Source of the DNA: Planctomycetota bacterium
GTDB taxonomy: Bacteria; Planctomycetota; UBA11346
Length of the DNA: 31,752 bases
Assembly (NCBI GenBank): GCA_038213805.1
Contig: JBBQSO010000063.1
Coordinates: 1 to 31,752, forward strand
Direction: 5' to 3'
Shown: positions 26,997 through 31,752 of the stretch, in pieces
Layout of the letters: every line of letters starts with the position of its first letter
Position numbering within the stretch: the first letter of the stretch is position 1
Translations under genes and position numbers: made by a program
Notes under the pieces: generated by a model
The model's database searches: none
What the model saw: only the letters and a program-made list of their open reading frames with translations
Told to the model about the DNA's origin: nothing

Positions 26997-29276
26997 CTAT
27001 TTCTTCTCAAACCGCTTCAGCGCCTCGATCGCCCGCTGCTGCCCCTGCTCCGCCGCCTTGGTCCACCAGGCGACGGACTGATCGAGGTCGACTTCGACAC
27101 CCCAGCCCTTGGCGAAGCAGTCGCCGTAGGCGACCTGGGCGACGGGGTGGCCGAGTTCGGCAGCCTTGGCATACCAATGACAGGCCTGATGCAGGTCGCG
27201 GGGCACGCCCCAGGCGTAGGTGAGGTGGTCGCCGAGGTTGCACATGGCGTGGGCGAAGCCCTGGTCTGCGGCCAAGCGGTACCACACCACCGCCTGCGGG
27301 TAGTCGCGCGCCACCCCATCACCGGTGGCGTAGCAGACGCCGAGGTTGTTCTGCGCCAGGGCCAGACCCTGGTCGGCGGCCTTGCGGTACCAGAAGATCG
27401 CCTCCTCCTGGTTGCGCGGCATGCCCAGGCCCTTCTCAGCGCAGTCGCCGAGGCTGAACTGCGCCTGGGCCTGGCCGCCTTCGGCGGCGCGGCGGTACCA
27501 GGCGGCGGCGGCGACGTGGTCGCGCGAGACGCCGTGGCCCTGGGCGTGGCAGTCGCCGAGGGCATTGAAGGCTTCGACCAGGCCGGCCTCCGCGGCCTTG
27601 CGCAGCCATAGCACCGCCTGCACGGCATCGCGTGCCACGCCCTGTCCACGCAGCAGGCATGCTCCGAGCTGCAGCTGGGCGTCGGGCAACTCCTGAAGGG
27701 CGGCCTTGCGGTACCACGCCACTGCCTGCTTCGCGTCGCGCTCACCGCCCTCGCCGGTGGCCAGGCAGTCGGCGAGGTTGTGCTGGGCCTTGGCCAAGCC
27801 CTGCTCGGCCGCGCGCCGGTACCAGGCCACGGCCTGGATGGGATCGCGCGGCAGGCCGTGGCCGTGGCGGTGGCAGTTGCCGAGGTTGTTCTGCGCCAGG
27901 TCGAGTCCGTGAGCCGCGGCCTTGCGGTACCACACCATGGCTTCGCCGTGGTCCTGGGCGACGCCGTCGCCATTGCGGAAGCAGGTGCCAAGGTTGTTCT
28001 GCGCGGTGGCGTAGCCCTGCTCGGCGGCCTTGCGGTACCAGTGCACGGCCATGCCGAGGTCGAGCGGAACCCCCATGCCCTTGCGGTAGCACACGCCGAG
28101 GTTGTTCTGCGCGATCGGCAGACCCTGCTCGGCGGCGCGCGTGAACCAGATCACCGCGCGCGGCAGGTTCTGGGCCACGCCCTCGCCGTTGCGGAAGCAG
28201 GTGCCGAGATTGTTCTGGGCCAGCGCCAGGCCCTTTTCGGCGGCGCGCGTGAACCAGGTCACCGCCTCGGCGAAATCGCGGGCCACGCCGGTGCCCTTCA
28301 TGTAGCAGGTGCCGAGGTTGTTCATCGCCAAAGGCAGGCCCTGGTCCGCGGCGCGCCGGTACCAGTGGACCGCCTGGATGTAGTCGCGCGGCGCACCGTC
28401 GCCGGTGCGGAAGGCGGTGCCCAGGTTGTACTGCGCCGTGGCTTGGCCGGCCTCGGCGGCGGCCAGGTAGCGGCGCACGGCCGGATGGTCGTTGGGGTTC
28501 TGACGCAGCTCGTCGGCGAAGGAGTCGATCGGCGTGACGACGTGGGTACCGGTGCCCGGGGACAGTACGATGCGCTCGTCGTCGGGCAGGTCGTCGAATG
28601 GCGTGCGCGGCTCGGGCAGAGGCAGGCGGCCGGGGACGGCCTGCAGCGTCATGGGGATGGGGTCGCGTGGGCTCGTACCGGGCACCTGGTCCTCGAGGAC
28701 CACGAGTGGAACCTCATCGTGCGGCAGGGGGGCTTCACGCAGCCATTGCGGGATGTCCAGCGCGGCATCAGCCCCGGCGTGAACGTCGCTGCTAGCCACG
28801 GTCGGCTCGTGCAGGGGGGTGTCCTCGGTGACGGGGATCCCCATTGCGCGTTCCGCTGTCGCCGCGGTCGCTGCGGAAAGGGCGGTCGGCGGTTCCTCTG
28901 ACCCCTCGGCCGTGGTCACTGGTGCGTAGCTGGAGTTGGAGATGGCGGCGGTCGAGCAGGTCTCGGGCAGCGTGAGCGGGTCGTGATCGTTGACGGTCTG
29001 AGCCGCGGCGCGGTCGATGGCGACCTGGGCCAAAGTCGCCTGGGTCCAGCCGCGGGCCTGGCTGTCCGGCCGCACGGCCAGATCCAGGGGCTCGTCATCG
29101 TCGTCCTCGGGAATGCCGAAAGGCGGCACCAGGAAGACATTGGCCGGGGCTTCGGGCGGAGGGGTGTTGCGCATGCGCTGCAGATCGAGCAAGCGCTCCT
29201 GGGCGGCACGGCGCCAGCGCTCATCCTCGGGGTTGTCGGGCGACAGCTGGTTCGGGGGATCCGTCGGGCTCGGCAT
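26997..29276 (-). CDS. Sel1-like repeat protein (13 repeats) with a long acidic Pro-rich N-terminus
   Basis: 13 consecutive ~36-aa units AQxNLGxCxxxGxGVxxDxxxAVxWYRxAAxQG. Start at ATG 29276 after GAGG; no signal peptide visible. Confidence 0.92.
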   Translation of the reverse strand: MPSPTDPPNQLSPDNPEDERWRRAAQERLLDLQRMRNTPPPEAPANVFLVPPFGIPEDDDDEPLDLAVRPDSQARGWTQATLAQVAIDRAAAQTVNDHDPLTLPETCSTAAISNSSYAPVTTAEGSEEPPTALSAATAATAERAMGIPVTEDTPLHEPTVASSDVHAGADAALDIPQWLREAPLPHDEVPLVVLEDQVPGTSPRDPIPMTLQAVPGRLPLPEPRTPFDDLPDDERIVLSPGTGTHVVTPIDSFADELRQNPNDHPAVRRYLAAAEAGQATAQYNLGTAFRTGDGAPRDYIQAVHWYRRAADQGLPLAMNNLGTCYMKGTGVARDFAEAVTWFTRAAEKGLALAQNNLGTCFRNGEGVAQNLPRAVIWFTRAAEQGLPIAQNNLGVCYRKGMGVPLDLGMAVHWYRKAAEQGYATAQNNLGTCFRNGDGVAQDHGEAMVWYRKAAAHGLDLAQNNLGNCHRHGHGLPRDPIQAVAWYRRAAEQGLAKAQHNLADCLATGEGGERDAKQAVAWYRKAALQELPDAQLQLGACLLRGQGVARDAVQAVLWLRKAAEAGLVEAFNALGDCHAQGHGVSRDHVAAAAWYRRAAEGGQAQAQFSLGDCAEKGLGMPRNQEEAIFWYRKAADQGLALAQNNLGVCYATGDGVARDYPQAVVWYRLAADQGFAHAMCNLGDHLTYAWGVPRDLHQACHWYAKAAELGHPVAQVAYGDCFAKGWGVEVDLDQSVAWWTKAAEQGQQRAIEALKRFEKK

Positions 29277-29412
29277 GATCCTCGTATCCAATAGCTTGAG
29301 ATTCTCCTTCCAAGAGGCCCTGGCAACAGGCAATACGCCCTGCTGTCCACTCGCGTAGGCAGAGCCTGCATGCGGACTTGCGGTGCCGGCCCGCGCCGAT
29401 CCGATGGCCGGC

Positions 29413-30411
29413 ATGCTGAAAGACGAAGCGGAAATCATCGTGCGCTCTGGTAATGGCGGCGCCGGCGCGGCGACCTTCTACCGCGAGAAGTTCATCCCCG
29501 AGGGCGGCCCGGATGGCGGCGATGGCGGCACGGGCGGAGACGTGATCTTCGTCGCCAGCCCCCACCTCAACACCCTGTCGCTGTTCAACCGCCGGCGGCA
29601 CTGGAAGGCCAAGCACGGCGATCCCGGCAAGGGCAGCAAGTGCTTCGGCAAGGACGGCGAGGATCTCATCGTCAAGGTGCCCTGCGGCACCATCATCCGC
29701 CTCGCCGACACCGGCGAGATCATCGCGGACCTGACCGAGATCGACCAGAAGGTCACGGTCGCGGCCGGTGGCAAGGGCGGCAAGGGCAACGTGCGCTTCA
29801 AGAGCTCGACCAACCAGACCCCGCGCCAGTTCGGGCCGGGCGAGCCCGGCATCGAGATGAAGCTCAAGCTCGACCTCAAACTGATCGCCGACGTCGGCAT
29901 CATCGGGTTCCCCAACGCCGGCAAGTCGACGCTGCTGTCGCGCCTCTCCAAGGCCCGGCCGAAGATCGCGCCCTACCCCTTCACCACCCTCGAACCTCAG
30001 CTGGGGGTGATCGAGCGGGTCGACCGGACCCTGGTCCTGGCCGACATCCCCGGGCTGATCGAGGGTGCGGCGGAGGGGGTCGGCCTGGGCCACACCTTCC
30101 TGCGCCACGTCGAGCGCTGCCCGATGCTGGTGCACCTGGTCGACGGTTCCGATGGGGACGTCGATGAACTCGCCAGGCGCATCGCGGTGCTCAACGAGGA
30201 GCTCCGCCGCTTCAGTCCGTTGCTCGCCGGGAAGTCCCAGCTGGTGGTGATCAACAAGGCCGACACCCGCGATGACCTGGCCGAGGTCGCAGCCGGACTT
30301 GCCAAGCGCCTCAAGCAGGAGGTACGCTTGATCTCCGGCGTCTCCGGTGAGGGTCTGCCCGAGCTGGAGAACCGCCTGCTCGAGCTGGTCCCCGCCACCA
30401 AGGAGACCTGA
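29413..30411 (+). CDS. obg: GTPase Obg/CgtA
   Basis: Gly-rich Obg fold (GNGGAG, GGPDGGDGG.GG), GFPNAGKSTL, YPFTT, DIPG, NKAD. Start at ATG 29413. Confidence 0.97.
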   Translation: MLKDEAEIIVRSGNGGAGAATFYREKFIPEGGPDGGDGGTGGDVIFVASPHLNTLSLFNRRRHWKAKHGDPGKGSKCFGKDGEDLIVKVPCGTIIRLADTGEIIADLTEIDQKVTVAAGGKGGKGNVRFKSSTNQTPRQFGPGEPGIEMKLKLDLKLIADVGIIGFPNAGKSTLLSRLSKARPKIAPYPFTTLEPQLGVIERVDRTLVLADIPGLIEGAAEGVGLGHTFLRHVERCPMLVHLVDGSDGDVDELARRIAVLNEELRRFSPLLAGKSQLVVINKADTRDDLAEVAAGLAKRLKQEVRLISGVSGEGLPELENRLLELVPATKET

Positions 30412-30429
30412 TCATCGGAGGTGAGCGGC

Positions 30430-31542
30430 ATGAACATCAAGGAAGTCCTGCGCGCGATGGTGCAGCTGCGCTCCTCCGACCTCTTCCTGAAGGTCGGCGG
30501 TCCACCCCGGGTGCGGGTGGATGGCACCGTCCGCCAGCTCGGCAACACCGCGCTGACCAAGGACGACCTCAAGGACGCCTTCCTGCTCGTCATCGACGAG
30601 CACAGCCGCGAGACCTTCAAGAAGACCCACGAGGTCGACACCGCCTTCGAGGAGGAGGGCCTCGGCCGCTTCCGCGTCAACTGCTTCATGCAGCGCGGCA
30701 ACATCGGCTTCGTGCTGCGCCACGTGCGCAGCGACATCCCCGAGTTCAAGGACCTGGGGCTGCCGATCGAGACCTTTGAGCGCCTGGCGATGCTGCGCCG
30801 CGGCCTGGTGCTGGTCACCGGCATCACCGGCTCGGGCAAGAGCACGACCCTAGCCTCGATCATCGAGTACATGAACCGGAACACCAACCGGCACATCATC
30901 ACCGTCGAGGACCCGATCGAGTACAGCTACGTCGACGACCGCTGCGTCATCAACCAGCGCGAGGTCGGCGTCGACACGCGCGACTTCAAGAGCGCGCTGC
31001 GCAACGCCATGCGCGAGGCGCCCGACGTCATCCTGATCGGCGAGATGCGCGACATCGAGACCGTGCAGGCCGCGATCGACGCCGCCGAGACCGGCCACCT
31101 GGTGCTGTCCACGCTGCACACCATCAACGCGCAGCAGACCATGGAACGCATCATCAACTTCTTCCCGCCGTACCAGCACACGCTGATCCGCATGCAGCTG
31201 TCGATGGTCTTCCAGGCGGTGGTCAGCCAGCGCCTGGTCCCGCGCAAGGAGAAGGCCGGCCGCGTGCCCGGCCTGGAGGTGATGATCGCGACCCCGACCA
31301 TCAAGCAGATGATCGAGGAAGGCCGCACGCCCGAGCTGTACACCGCGATCCGCGACAGCGAGCACTACGGGTGCATGACCTTCAACCAGAGCCTTTTCAA
31401 GCTCTACGAGAAGGGCGACATCACGCGCGAGGACGCGCTCGCCACCTCTGATAATCCGGACGAGATGGAGATGCTGTTCCGCGGCATCCAGCGCGGATCG
31501 TCGACCTCGCTGTTGCCGTCGATGGGGAGCAAGAAGGGGTAG
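30430..31542 (+). CDS. Type IV pilus retraction ATPase, PilT/PilU family
   Basis: SSDLFLKVG.PP, GITGSGKSTTLA, TVEDPIE, QREVG, REAPDVILIGEMRD, TGHLVLSTLH. Start is ATG 30430 or GTG 30421. Confidence 0.95.
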   Translation: MNIKEVLRAMVQLRSSDLFLKVGGPPRVRVDGTVRQLGNTALTKDDLKDAFLLVIDEHSRETFKKTHEVDTAFEEEGLGRFRVNCFMQRGNIGFVLRHVRSDIPEFKDLGLPIETFERLAMLRRGLVLVTGITGSGKSTTLASIIEYMNRNTNRHIITVEDPIEYSYVDDRCVINQREVGVDTRDFKSALRNAMREAPDVILIGEMRDIETVQAAIDAAETGHLVLSTLHTINAQQTMERIINFFPPYQHTLIRMQLSMVFQAVVSQRLVPRKEKAGRVPGLEVMIATPTIKQMIEEGRTPELYTAIRDSEHYGCMTFNQSLFKLYEKGDITREDALATSDNPDEMEMLFRGIQRGSSTSLLPSMGSKKG

Positions 31543-31560
31543 GGGGGAGGGGAGACAGAG

Positions 31561-31740
31561 GGCTGATGGCTGATGGCTGATGGCTGATGGCCCGAGGTCC
31601 GACGTCAGTGGATGAATCCGGATCATAAATTGTGCTACCCAGAATTGACGGAAGCCGGCGCTTCGCGCCGGCTTCCTATCAGCTATAAGCTATAAACTAA
31701 CAGCAAAAAGCTAAAAGCTATAAGCTATCCGGCATCAGCC
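31561..31740. repeat. Heptamer arrays flanking a hairpin after the PilT-family gene
   Basis: (GCTGATG)x4 at 31562-31589; hairpin GGAAGCCGGCGC-TTC-GCGCCGGCTTCC at 31650-31676; degenerate heptamers TATCAGC TATAAGC TATAAAC TAACAGC AAAAAGC TAAAAGC TATAAGC at 31677-31725. Confidence 0.9.
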
Positions 31741-31752
31741 CATATCCACCAT

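Noticed and set aside
24831..27611. 926-aa plus-strand ORF
   Set aside because: Antisense to bpt, lipA and the Sel1 gene, all unambiguous; no motifs; a stop-poor shadow frame typical of high-GC DNA.

Overview
GC-rich bacterial window, probably Planctomycetota (inferred from the IHF/HU RLEFRDFGVF signature, the membrane-anchored prenyltransferase-repeat paralogs and the PA14 protein; not proven). It is mostly chromosomal backbone: MoxR ATPase plus DUF58 partner, IHF/HU, an exported protein, PTS IIA, rpsA, a DUF349 protein, an HD hydrolase, a degenerate NSS/SNF transporter, bpt/ate, lipA, a Sel1-repeat protein, obg and a PilT/PilU ATPase. Four things stand out. (1) Three tandem paralogs (6229-11715) each have a TonB/TolA-type SxxxH transmembrane anchor, a linker and an alpha/alpha-toroid domain without DxDD; each is preceded by the same ECF-sigma-like motif, TGAAC-N15-17-CGTT(C/G)A-N7-TACC, at a nearly fixed distance from the start codon. 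(2) A three-gene exported block (19962-24910) combines a HEAT protein, a PA14 protein ending in an HExxH domain, and a tightly coupled secreted gene, resembling a polymorphic toxin/immunity module. (3) Four intergenic elements are built from 7-8 bp tandem repeats arranged as inverted arms just after stop codons. (4) Two proteins look like catalytically degenerate family members. No rRNA, tRNA, CRISPR array, integrase or transposase was recognised. All family calls come from motif recognition by eye, not database searches.
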